In this document: positions 38,270 through 49,749 of the stretch, one piece after another
Numbering within the stretch: position 1 is the first letter of the stretch
Layout of the letters: each line of letters starts with the position of its first letter
Source: Octopus sinensis
Taxonomy: Eukaryota
Assembly (NCBI RefSeq): GCF_006345805.1
Contig: NC_043024.1
Coordinates: 16,492,001 to 16,556,000, forward strand
Length of the DNA: 64,000 nucleotides
Direction of reading: 5' to 3'
Made by a program: the position numbers and the translations under genes
Notes under the pieces: generated by a model
The model's input: only the letters and a program-made list of their open reading frames with translations
Told to the model about the DNA's origin: nothing
The model's database searches: none

Positions 38270-38590
38270 CAGTGCATGGCTTTGTGGTTTGCGTATTTGG
38301 CTCATGATCATAGGGTTCTGGGTTCGATACGTAGCAGCACATTGTATCCTTGAACAAGACAGTTTATTTTGCGTTGCTCCACTGCAGTCCACTCAGCTGG
38401 CAAAAATGAGTAGTACCTGTAATTCCAAGGGTCAGCCTTATCATATCCTGTACCAAGCTGATCCTCCCTTAGAACTATGTTAAGGGCTATGCATGTCTGT
38501 GGAGTACTCAGTCACTTACACTTAATTTCATGAATAGGCTATCCTGTTGATCGGATCAACTAAAACCCTTGTCGTAACCGACGGATTACC
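38270..38590 (+). mobile_element. SINE family D
   Basis: tggctttgtgg and ggttcgatac boxes. It shares its head with family C but has a different body. Confidence 0.7.
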
Positions 38591-39572
38591 AATATGTGTA
38601 TACATATGTATGTATGAAATATATACCACATATATATCTAGTATGTATTTCATACATATACACACACACACATATATATACATATACATGCATACATATA
38701 TATATATACATACATTTTTTTATGCACCTTTTTCAAGCCTAGCCAGGCACATGGGCCCAGTTGCCTGGTTTCTATGGTGCATGTGTTCCCCCCAGCTGGA
38801 CGGGACGCCAGTCCATCACGGCATTACTCAAGAAACAAGAAGAAAGAGTGAGAGAAAGTTGGGGCAAAAGAGTACAGCAGGGATCACCACCACCCCCTGC
38901 CAGAGCCTCGTGGAGCTTTAAGTGTTTTCGCTCAATAAACACACACAATGCTCAGTCTGGAATCAAAACTGCGATCCTTCGACCGCGAGTCCGCTGCCCT
39001 AACCACTGGGCCATTGCACCTCCATATAATACATATACATACGGAAACACACACATATATATATATAAATTGTTAAAGAGGACAACAAACATTAAGGCAA
39101 GGCAAACATCTCAAGTCATATGCATTATTATTATTATTATTGGAAAAAATGTCCAGCTGTTTCTGGGACATCTCAGAGTATGGGATATTCCGTCATTGGA
39201 GACAAATAGGGAAAATGAAAAGGCTGTAGGTTAATGAAATGATGACATAGCAGACAGGAGTAAAGGAATAAGGAGATGAAGAAAGAGAAGAAAAGGGAAG
39301 AAAAAAACTTCCTGATTGTGTAGAAGTAAGTCTGTAGGTGTAATCCTGCGTAAATCCATGTAGGTTAAAGTCCTTTAACCTACATGGATTTACACCGTTT
39401 GAAAACAGCTATCAAAAAGCTAAAAACTCCTTTTTTTCAAATATATTATACCCTACCAAGAACCTTTTTTTTATTTAACTGACCGTCCAATAACGCAGTA
39501 CTTGCACCACGTCCTTGCGTTGTTGTTTTTCTTGTTTGTTCTTGTTTGGATTGACTATATATATACATACAT

Positions 39573-39606
<34 letters not shown>

Positions 39607-39608
<2 letters not shown>

Positions 39609-39738
39609 TTATTTTATAGAAGGAGCTTCTACAGGACTAGAACTGTTTCATTCAAAAGAAATCATCAGGAAGCTTCCTGATGATTTCTTTTGAATGAAAC
39701 AGTTCTAGTCCTGTAGAAGCTCCTTCTATAAAATAAAT
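39607..39738. repeat. Perfect 132 bp palindrome centred on AAGCTT
   Basis: Arms checked base by base; there is no spacer. Confidence 0.95.
39671..39721 (+). ncRNA. Type I hammerhead ribozyme motif, with an identical copy on the minus strand
   Basis: agcttc-CTGATGA-tttc tttt gaat-GAAA-cag ttctagtc ctg-TA-gaagct. The first pair of stem II is a T.T mismatch. Confidence 0.65.
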
Positions 39739-39803
39739 TAATTTACTCTGCTATGTATTGAGTACCTTATTTACTGTGCTTAACCCCGACTCAACCCGGA
39801 ACC

Positions 39804-39838
<35 letters not shown>

Positions 39839-40539
39839 ATGTATGTATGTATGTATATGACACACACCTTTATCTTCCTCTTTCCCTCCCATTACCTACA
39901 TTCATCTTTCCTTTCTTCTCCATACCACTTTACCCATCCATGTACAACTTGGGGTAACTTCAACTAGCTCTGGACCTAACAAACTATCCACCTCATGCTG
40001 GCATGGCATATGAACTGATTCATTCCATCACTGGGTCCACATACTCAAACCATCCTATCATCATTATCACACTGTGCCCTCCCCTCTCCTTCACACTAAA
40101 CCATGATATCACTCTTGTCCTCCTCCTCCTCCTCTGACACTTCTACTCCCACCCCAACTCTGTTGTCTCTCTCTTACTATCTCCTCATAATTCATCCCTT
40201 TTCTATTATGGAATGCTCTCTTTTGCTTTGCAAATTACTAAGTAACCCCAACAGTGCTGGTGCCACGAAAAGTATTTGGTACGCTTTATGTTTTTGCTAT
40301 TCAATGCACACAGCAACAATACAGGACTTGAGGGGAATCGTTAGTCTTACTAATGGCAATCACTATAGGGATAGTGCCACAAAAAATGCCCCCAGTTAAC
40401 TTTATAAAGCGGTGAGGGCAATGAAGGGCATCCAGCCATAGAGACCCTGCCGAAAACAAGACTTTAGAGGAAAACATGGTTCTCTGACCTGTTCTATCAA
40501 CCCATCCTACTCATGCCAACATGGAAAGGGTAAACTCTA

Positions 40540-40915
40540 CCACCACCACCAACACATCCACCACCACCACCACCATTATATCCAACACCACTACCAACAC
40601 ATCCACCACATTCACTGCCACTACCATAACCACCATCAGCACCACAACCACCACTACTTCCCACCACAACCACCAACACCCCTGCTACAACTGCCACACC
40701 CACCACCAACCTACAGTTACCACCACCTATACCAACATATCCACTGCCACCACCACCACCACACTACCACCACTGCCACCGCTACCCCACCACCACAACT
40801 AACACCACTACCACACCCACCACCACCACCACCACCATTACCCCTCCCACCACCACCACCGCCACCACTATTACCACCCCACCACATCCACTGCTTCCAC
40901 CACTACCATTACTAG
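40540..40915. repeat. Degenerate (ACC)n microsatellite
   Basis: Directly visible. Confidence 0.95.
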
Positions 40916-41644
40916 CAGACAGATAAATTACAGCGTGAAAAGTAATTTCTGTGTTGTCATAGTGATACTATATAATACTAAATGTCATCTACTGCAGTAT
41001 AAACAGGTGCATTAGGTGCACTGATGTACAGCATGTGCACACGACTGCACACAAGTGTGCATTGCACATTGCACACTGCTCATATTAACATCTCGATTTT
41101 CAGACCGAACTGTGCGTGCATGTATGAATATATTTATATTTGTTTATATGCTTATCTCTCTGTATGTAAGGAGAAATGTATGTATGCGTGCATCTGCGTA
41201 CACCTATGTTTGTATTTATGTACCTGTATGTTTGTATGTGTATGCTTGCATGTTGTTTTGTATGTGTTTATATGTGTGTGTATGTATAAATGTGTGTGTG
41301 TGTGTGCATATTTTGTATGCATGTTTGATGCCTGCAGGCATGCGTAAATGCAGGCATGCGTAAATGCAGGCATATATCTATGCGTTTATGGATATGTGTG
41401 CATGTATGTGGCTGGTTGTGCATATATGTATGTGTGTGTGTGTTTGTGCATGTTTGTATGTTTGTGTTTGTGTGTACTTGTATGTGTGTTTATGTGCGTT
41501 TGTGTGGATGTTTGTGTTTGTGTGTGTGTATGTGTGTGTTTGTGCATGTTTGTGTGTGTATGTGTGTGTTTGTGCATGTATGTGGGTGTTTGCATGTGTA
41601 TGTGCATGTGTGTGTGTTTGTGTGTGTGTGTATCTTTTATGTTT

Positions 41645-42185
41645 TATCTTTTATTTTTTTCAGTGATTAGACTGCAGCCATGCTGGGGCACCACCTTATA
41701 GAAATTTATAGTTGAACATATCAACCCCCAAACTTTTTTCTTTTAAGCCTGGTACTTATTCTATCGATCTCTTTTACTGAACTGCTAAGTTACAGGGGCA
41801 TAAACACACCAACACTTGTTGTCAAGTGGTGGTGGGACAAACACACACACACATACATATATACATTATATATATATATATATGTGTGTGTATATATGGG
41901 TACAGGAAGTCACAAAACGTATGCAACATGAAATACAAAATATAAAGCCATCAAATACGAACTTTTTATGTGAACAACGAAGGAAACAATGGGAAAACAA
42001 GACAAGTAACATAAAGAACGACCCTTCATATATATATATGACGGGCTTCTTTTAGTTTCCATCTACCAAATCTACTCACAAGGCTTTGGTCAGCCAAGGC
42101 TATATTAGAAGACACTTGCTCAAGGTGTCACACAGTGGGACTGAACCTGGAAACATGCAGTTGGGAAGCAAGCTTCTTACCAACA
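41645..42185 (-). mobile_element. SINE family A with a ~130 bp insert in its microsatellite
   Basis: Reverse complement of the consensus. The insert at ~41898-42030 resembles 13473-13612. Confidence 0.85.
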
Positions 42186-42226
42186 GCAACCGAAACAAAC
42201 TCAGTAGCCTAGGGTAGTTTTTCTAA

Positions 42227-42828
42227 CCGGCTTCCATGCCAGTGGCACATAAAAGGGACCATTCGAGTGTGATTGTTACCAGCTTTGCCTTACTGGCACT
42301 TGTGCCCCATGCTATAGTAGGGTGCTAAGAGCACCATCTGAGCGTGATCGTTGCCAGAGCGGCTAACTGACTTCCATGCAGGTGGTATGTAAAAGGCACC
42401 ATTCGAGCGTGATCGTTACCAGCATCACCTTACTGGCACTTGAGCCCCATGCTAGTAGGGTATTAAGAGCACCATCAGCACGTGATCTTTGCCAGAGTGG
42501 TTATCTGGCCTCTGTGCCGGTGGCATGTAAAAGACACCATTCGAGCGTGATTGTTACCAGCATCGCCTTACTGGCACCTGTGTTGGTGGCATGTGTAAAA
42601 AGATTCGAGCAAGGTTGTTGCCAGTACCGCCTGACTGGCCCCCGTGCCGGTGGCACATAAAAGCACCCACTACAGTCTCGGAGTGGTTGGCGTTAGGAAG
42701 GGCATCCAGCTGTAGAAACTCTGCCAGATCAAGATTGGAGCCTGGTGCAGCCATCTAGTTTGCCAGCCCTCAGCCAAATCATCCAACCCATGCTAGCATG
42801 GAAAGTGGACGTTAAACGATGATGATGA
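42227..42828 (+). mobile_element. RTE LINE 3' UTR with alternating tandem repeats
   Basis: Units such as accattcgagcgtgatcgttaccagc recur about 6 times, followed by the conserved tail and (gat)n. Confidence 0.88.
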
Positions 42829-42829
42829 T

Positions 42830-42861
<32 letters not shown>

Positions 42862-44355
42862 ATATGAATGAGTGAACAAATGGAAGTAGCATTCAACACA
42901 TTTGGTAGGAGCTGTATATACTTTAAATAACAGTTTGGCTCAGCGTCACATGACTTAAAGCTTTGTGGGCACATGGGACATTTTCATCTCCCCCAGATGC
43001 TATAAGGCAGAGTGGAAAGTTTGAAAGAAATTCAAGATGGTCTCGGCTTTAGGTGTTTAAACCTGTTTGTCAGCTCAGGTCATATGGGATTAATGCTATC
43101 AAAGCGACACCAGCTATTTTCTTTATTTTTATGGCAATATGTTTGGACAAGGTGTTGGTACACTGTGATATAATTGAGTGGCCTCGTCCCCCAAAATTTC
43201 GGGCCTTGTACCTAGAGTAGAAAAGAATCATTGTTGTTGGGCAGAATTGTTAGCATGTCAGGTAAAAGACTGAGCCTCATTTCTTCAGGCATTTTACATT
43301 CTGAGTTCAAATCCCACCAAGGTCAACTTTGCCTTTTGTCCTTTTGGGGTCAATAAGATAAAGTACAAGTTGAGTACTTGGATTGATTTGATTGACTTTT
43401 TCCCTTTCCCTAAAATTACTAGCTTAGTGTGTTCTTTATTGTTGTATTGGATATATAATATAATGAAGCTGGAGTGGGGGGAAGAAAGTATATATACAAC
43501 ACACTACTTTTCCTATTGCATGAGACTCAATGCTGTGTATGAAAGGCTCACAGTGAACTGCTACCAACATGAACTGTCAATCGCTCACAGTTCTTTGTTT
43601 TATAACAATGGGCCAATCCACCTTTTGGTCACTTTGGGGGTGGTCAGAATCCGTCCACAACAGTGCCAAATTGGAATCCATTATATTATTATCAAGGCAG
43701 TGAGTTGGCAGAACCTTCAGGATGTTAGGCAAAATGCTTAGCAGCATTTCTCCCAGCTCTTATTGTTTTGCATTCAAATTCCGCCGATGTTGACTTTTTC
43801 TTTCATCCCTTTGAGGGTCGATAGAATAAGTACTCCTCTCCCAAATGTTCAGACCTTGTGCTTATTGTAGAAAGTATCATCATCATCTTCGTCATCTGTT
43901 CATTTCGTTCTCTCTTTCTTACTCTCTTCCACTCTTTTCGTTTTTCTCTTCCATCTCTGTTTTGCAAGAGAGGAATAAGGAGTGGTTGGAGGTGGTAAGG
44001 GGAAAGTACCTCACACCAGTGATGCTTCAGGAATCAAAAGAACGACAACAACTGTTACACAAACAGCTTGATACTGAGGTTGAAGTTTTCACCTACGACC
44101 AATCTAATCTGGTATAAATCTGGAGTTAATCTTCAGACAAACTAAACAGAACTAATTCTTGGAGAAACTTTTGGTTTATAGAAAATGAAATAATATGTGT
44201 ATGTATATGTGTTTATGTATGTATGTGTATATATATGTGTGTGTATTATATATATATATATATATATATATTTACTCACATATATGTCAATAAATAAAAT
44301 ATATGTACACAGGTATATACCTACAAATGTCTATATAAATGTGTGTGTATGTGTG

Positions 44356-44396
<41 letters not shown>

Positions 44397-45194
44397 TTGT
44401 ATGTATGTATATGCATATGTGTGTGTGCATGTATATATATGTTTGTATGTATTTGCATATATGTGTGTGTGTGCATGTATGTTTGTGTGTATTATATATA
44501 TATATACATATAAACACACACATATGTCAATAAATAAAATATATGTACACACATGTATGCCTACAAATGTCTATATAAATGTGTGCGTGTATATGTGTGT
44601 GTATATGTATGTGCATATGTGTGTGCATGTATAATAAAAATGTGGCATAGAGGAATAACACAGGATCAATGGTAAAAGAGGAATAAATACACACATGGAT
44701 GCTGATATGTTCATTCCCTCATCAGTTATCGCAGTTATCAACCAAATATCATCACAATCTTGATACCTTATGATAATATTGTTTAGTTTGGCTGTGTTGT
44801 AACATAAGCTGCTGGGGTATCAATGAATGGACATGATGAACGCAAAGAGGAAAAGTAAAACAAGTACAAGAAAAAGGAAAGATGAAGTTTCTCTACTGAA
44901 TGGTAAAAAGGATGATTTATGAGGAAAATGGGAGAAAATACATAAAATGAAATAAATAAATAAATAAATAAATGAGGCCAGGCACAAAAAAAAACCCCAT
45001 CAAATGACATAGAGAGATATATACATAGAATCTCTTTTGATAATGTGGCAAAAATAAGACATGATCCTATTAAGAGCATCTAACCATAAATTACTGCTTC
45101 TGAAGCTCTCAGCTAACCCACACCAGCATAGAAAAGTAGATGTGAAAACGTGTGTGAATATTCACATACACACAACTATGCATAGGATGGGCTG

Positions 45195-45402
45195 AGGTTG
45201 AAAAGTTCCTGGCTTTGGGTAAAAGAAGATACAAGAGGATCAGTTAATTATGATTTTATTCAATGTATTCCCCTCTCGGATTCACACACTTATTGCAGCA
45301 GTCCTTCAGTTTTTCTAAGCCTTGTAAAAGAACTTCTGGGGTGGGGCCCCCAAACAGGCTTTCTTGATACTTTTAAAGCCAGGATCTTTACAGCACCCCT
45401 CA
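45195..45402. mobile_element. mariner-type MITE
   Basis: TIRs gaaaagttcctggcttt and aaagccagga..tt.cagcacccctc. Confidence 0.8.
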
Positions 45403-46208
45403 TTTACGTGTGTGTGTGTGTTCACACAAATTTGAAACAAAATATATACATACTGCGGTGGTGCCCCAGCATGGCCGCAGCCTTTGGGCTGAAACATTTT
45501 TAAGGATTTATACATACATACGCCAGGAACATTTCAGCACCCCCTCATATCATCATCATCATCATCATCGTTTAACGTCCATTTTCCGCGCTAGCACGGG
45601 TTGGACGGTTTCGACCGGGGTCTGGGGAGCTAGGGACTGCCCCAGGCTCCAGTCTAGTCTGGCAGTGTTTCTACAGCTGGATGCCCTTCCTAACGCCAAC
45701 CACTCCGCGAGTGTAGTGGGTGTTTTTTACGTGCCACCTGCACATGTGCCAGAGGGGTCTGGCATCGGCCACGTTCGGATGGTGCTTTTTTTTTTTTTTT
45801 TTTATGTGTGTGGGGGGGGGCAGAAATATATAGGGGAGCACCAGTGGGGAGGGGTGGTTCAGAGAAATGATGACAGGTTCTAGGCAAGTAGAATGTAGGA
45901 TATCAAGAGAGGGGTAATGCATGGTGAAATAGCGTATTGAAGAGGGGTGTTCGAAGAGTAGACACCTATAATGGTGGTGGGAGAAGCGACATCCGGTATA
46001 GATGGAGCAAAAATATAGAGATATCCGGTATTGGTGGTGGGGGTGGGCAAGGGCGGGTGCACCGGGAATATGCGAAGGTTGAACTGACGGGCTGGCTTAA
46101 AAATGCTCTTAGCAATGGAAGGGGGGAATGGCAGACAATGTAAGAGAGAGAGAGAGAGAGAGAAGGGAACAGTGGAACCCCGCGAAAATGGGCCGCCATG
46201 TATATGTA

Positions 46209-46266
<58 letters not shown>

Positions 46267-46268
<2 letters not shown>

Positions 46269-46683
46269 CGCAGGAGTGGCTGTGTGGTAAGTAGCTTGTT
46301 TACCAACCACATGGTTCTGGGTTCAGTCCCACTGCGTGGCACCTTGGGCAAGTATCTTCTACTATAGCCTCGGCCCGACCAAAGCCTTGTGAGTGGATTT
46401 GGTAGACGGAAACTGAAAGAAGCCCGTCGTATATATGTGTATATATATATGTATGTGTATGTTTGTGTGTCTGTGTTTGTCCCCCTAGCATTGCTTGACA
46501 ACCGATGCTTGTGTGTTTATGTCCCCGTTACTTAGCGGTTCGGCAAAAGAGACCGATAGAATAAGTACTGGGCTTCCAAAAAACTAAGTCCCGGGGTCGA
46601 GTTGCTCGATTAAAAGGCAGTGCTCCAGCATGGCTGCAGTCAAATGACTGAAACAAGTAAAAGAGTAAAAAGAGTAAAAGAGT
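46267..46683 (+). mobile_element. SINE family A, full length, near-consensus
   Basis: ggcgcaggagTGGCTGTGTGG..GGTTCAGTCCC head with a (gagtaaaa)n tail. Confidence 0.95.
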
Positions 46684-46724
46684 ATATATATATATATATG
46701 TATATATATATACACACATACATA

Positions 46725-46942
46725 TGAGTGGGTGCTGAAAAGTTCCTGACTTTCGGTAAAAGAAAATACAGTAAGAATCAGTTAATTATGATTTTATTCA
46801 ATATATTCCCCTCTCAGATTCACACACTTATTGCAGTAGTTCTCCAGTTTTTCTAAGCCCTATGAAAGAACTTGGAAGGTTCAGCTTCCAACCAGGCCTT
46901 TTGTGATACCCTTAAAGCCAGGAACTTTTCGGCACCCTCTTG
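46725..46942. mobile_element. mariner-type MITE
   Basis: gggtgctgaaaagttcctg at the left and caggaacttttcggcaccc at the right. Confidence 0.85.
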
Positions 46943-46945
46943 TGT

Positions 46946-46983
<38 letters not shown>

Positions 46984-46994
46984 ACCATTCACTG

Positions 46995-47370
46995 TGTCTA
47001 AATGCAATGATAGCTGAGCGGTACATGCCAATTAATTCATACTGGCCCATATATGAACACAAAAACAGGGAAAATATTCACAAATGCGAACATGAACTGC
47101 AAAAGCAGAAATTTAATCTACTGCATCAAATGCCCAAATTGTGAAGAACTGTATGTTGGCCAGACAGGTAATGCACTTTCAGAACGCTCGCGTGTGCATC
47201 AACAGCAAATTTAAATCCCAGAAGTCCGCCAAACACCACTGAGTAACCATCTGGCAACATGTGGTCGAAAAACTTTTATGATATTCCCATTTCATAAACT
47301 TTACAACCTGAATGAAATTGAGAGAAAAGGACTTTGTTAAGAAATTTAAACCCAAGCTTAACAAACAATG
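46995..47370 (+). pseudogene. Penelope-like GIY-YIG endonuclease fragment
   Basis: NCKSRNLIYCIKCPNCEELYVGQTGNALSERSRVH..PLSNH..KKFKPKLN, with an internal stop and a frameshift. Confidence 0.88.
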
Positions 47371-47776
47371 ATTAAATTAATCTTATTTGGGGTCTAAAAC
47401 TCTTATCCCTATAACTAAAACACAAAAAATCTCTAAAAAGTACTGCTGTCATCATTTCTAAAAATAAACATTGAAAAATGGTTTGAAACACTCCTGTCAC
47501 AACCTGGGACCTTGAAGACTGCTTAAATGCAACAAAGTATACTAGTCCCTTAATATTTTATATTCAATATTTCATCTATTCAGTAAGACACTCAATACTT
47601 CATTTCATTTTACTATACATATATTATTTATACTATATATATTCTATATTCTACATTAATATTATAAAGAATATAAATAAAACATAAAAAACAGAGTTGG
47701 AATTTCTTTGAATAATATATATCCCTCTATACACAATCATACAAACCCCTTTATATATATATATATATATATATAT

Positions 47777-47987
47777 GGGTGTGTTGAAAAGTTCCTGACT
47801 TTGGGTGAAAGAAAATATAAGAGGATCAGTTAATTCTAATTTTATTCAATATGTTCCTCTCAGATTCACAAACGTATTGCAGCAGTCCTTCAGTTTTTCA
47901 AAACCCTGCACAAGAACTCAGAAGATTGGGCCTCCAGTCAGGCCTTTTGCGATATATTTAAAGCCTGAAATTTTTCAGCATCCCTCG
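47777..47987. mobile_element. mariner-type MITE
   Basis: Same family as 46725. Confidence 0.85.
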
Positions 47988-48156
47988 TATATATATATAT
48001 ATATACACTTGCGTCGGAAATTAATTAGCACTTCTCAAATTTCTACATTTTCTTAATTTAATTAACTTATTATCAGAAACGAACTCGTTTTTAATCAAAA
48101 ATTTATTAAAACATATCCCAGCACACCACATAATTGTTATTAATCGTGAAATTTAG

Positions 48157-49144
48157 TCAATATCTTGTTGCTCCTCCTTTGGCAGCAATGACAGCTGCTA
48201 CGCAGGTCGGCATGCTGTCTATGAGTGCCTGCAGGTACTGTGCAGGGATGGCCCTCCATGCAGCAAGAAGTGCCCCAAACAGCTCGTGTCGGTTCCTGTA
48301 TTGCTGCACATTCAAATCTCTACCCAATCGACTCCAGAGGTTCTCAATAGGGTTCAGGTCAGGTGACTGGCCAGGCCAGTCCATGATCGTCACCCCATGG
48401 TCCTTGAAAAAACCGGTTGTGAGCTTGGCTGTGTGGGGAGGCGCGTTGTTCTGCTGGAGCACGTACTCCTCGCCACCAAAGAGGTATCCCGCAGAGGGTA
48501 GGGCAGCATTCTGTACTATCTCAACGTACTTTGCTGCGTTGATGTTGCCTTCGACGGCATAGAGCCGCCCAACACCACTGTAGCTGAACGCCCCTCACAC
48601 CATCAGACCACCCCCACCATGCTTCATGGTGGGAGCAATGCAGTCTTTGTTGAAGCGCTCACCCCTGCAGCGTCGCACATGGACAGGCTTGTCACTGACG
48701 AGACTGAATCGCGACTCGTCAGTGAACATCACTGTCTGCCACTGCTGCACGGTCCATGTCTTGTGGGCACGGGCCCAGAGCAGCCACCTCTTCCGGTTTT
48801 GGGCTGTAAGGAGCGGCTTCCAGTAATCTGGTCTTGACGGTGGTTGTAGACAACTGCTTCCCTGTCATCTTTTGCATCTCCTCCGCCAGTTGCCGGCTCG
48901 TTGCCCTTCGGTTGTACAGTGACTTTCGGATCAGCATCCGGTCCTTCTGCTGGGTCGTCAGCCTCTTCCGTCCCCTACCCTTTTTGTCAGCTGCTGATCT
49001 GGTTTCCTCGTATTTCTTAAATAAGCACTGAATTGTGCGCCTGGCTACACCAAGTTTTCTGGCTATTGCAGCCTCTGACAGCTTCCCACGCCACGAGAGA
49101 GCCTCGTACCGTCTCTCCAAGGTCATGCGAGGTCCTGAGCCCAT
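48157..49144 (-). pseudogene. Tc1 transposase, frameshifted
   Basis: HTH (IARKLGVARRTI), GRGRKR, FTDESRF, LQQNNAPPH (second D mutated to N), DWPGQSPDLNPIENLW and GGATRY*. Confidence 0.92.
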
Positions 49145-49303
49145 CTAGGAATGAACGATAAAAACCAGTTATTTTCATTAAAACTATTCATTTGAATAAT
49201 GTTATGCTATAACAAAACTGCTATGAGTTATTATTCATTAAACAAAAAAGAAAGAAAGCAGAATTTCTCACCTTATTTGATGTATAACAGAAAGTTTTGT
49301 GAA

Positions 49304-49318
49304 CCGGAAGTGACGTCA
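49304..49318. promoter_or_regulatory. Overlapping ETS-CRE motif CCGGAAGTGACGTCA upstream of the transposase
   Basis: Exact motif seen; function inferred. Confidence 0.45.
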
Positions 49319-49749
49319 TCAAGCAGAGTGTAGGAGAATTTGTGAGGAAAAAAAATCTTGCAAATACACAAATCAATTAACCTACGAGCTGTTCAAAACA
49401 TCTTACGCGATGAGAAAACTTAGTACGGTGTGATTTCGGTCCTTGCGAGGCGCTACCTATATCTATTAAACAAAGGAAGATTTGTCTTCATCCGCACTCC
49501 AAGTTGTTGTTGCACTGCTATGTCCACATCATTAGGCTGTAGACTCTGAAACTGCTCTGCGAACAAAGTTACGTCATCGTTCTGCACAACAGTGAACTCA
49601 CAACAAAGCAATAGTTCGAGATATGGCCACTAGGTGACAGCAAATACCTTGAGTGAAGAGCAAATCAAGGGTGCTAATTAATTTCTGACGGTAGTGTATA
49701 TATATATATATATTTTACAAGCTTAAAAACCATTTGCAAGCAGCTTTTA

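Larger units (their letters stand above)
48006..49696 (-). mobile_element. Full-length Tc1 transposon (1691 bp)
   Basis: 26 bp TIRs cacttgcgtcggaaattaattagcac and gtgctaattaatttctgacggtagtg (3 mismatches), each flanked by TA. Confidence 0.95.

Noticed and set aside
40497-40802. Thr-rich mucin-like or Gly-rich ORFs
   Set aside because: (ACC)n microsatellite with no splice or domain support.
42227-42660. Regularly spaced repeats resembling a CRISPR array
   Set aside because: The intervening sequences also repeat, and the array is part of an RTE 3' UTR.
44715-44745. ctgatgag on the minus strand as another hammerhead
   Set aside because: No GAAA or stem III follows.
45815-46145. Purine-rich segment, possibly a Penelope RT-EN linker on the minus strand
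   Set aside because: Too degenerate to support a call by eye.
46267-46340. tRNA gene
   Set aside because: A and B boxes are present, but the head continues into a SINE body in many dispersed copies and I see no intact cloverleaf.
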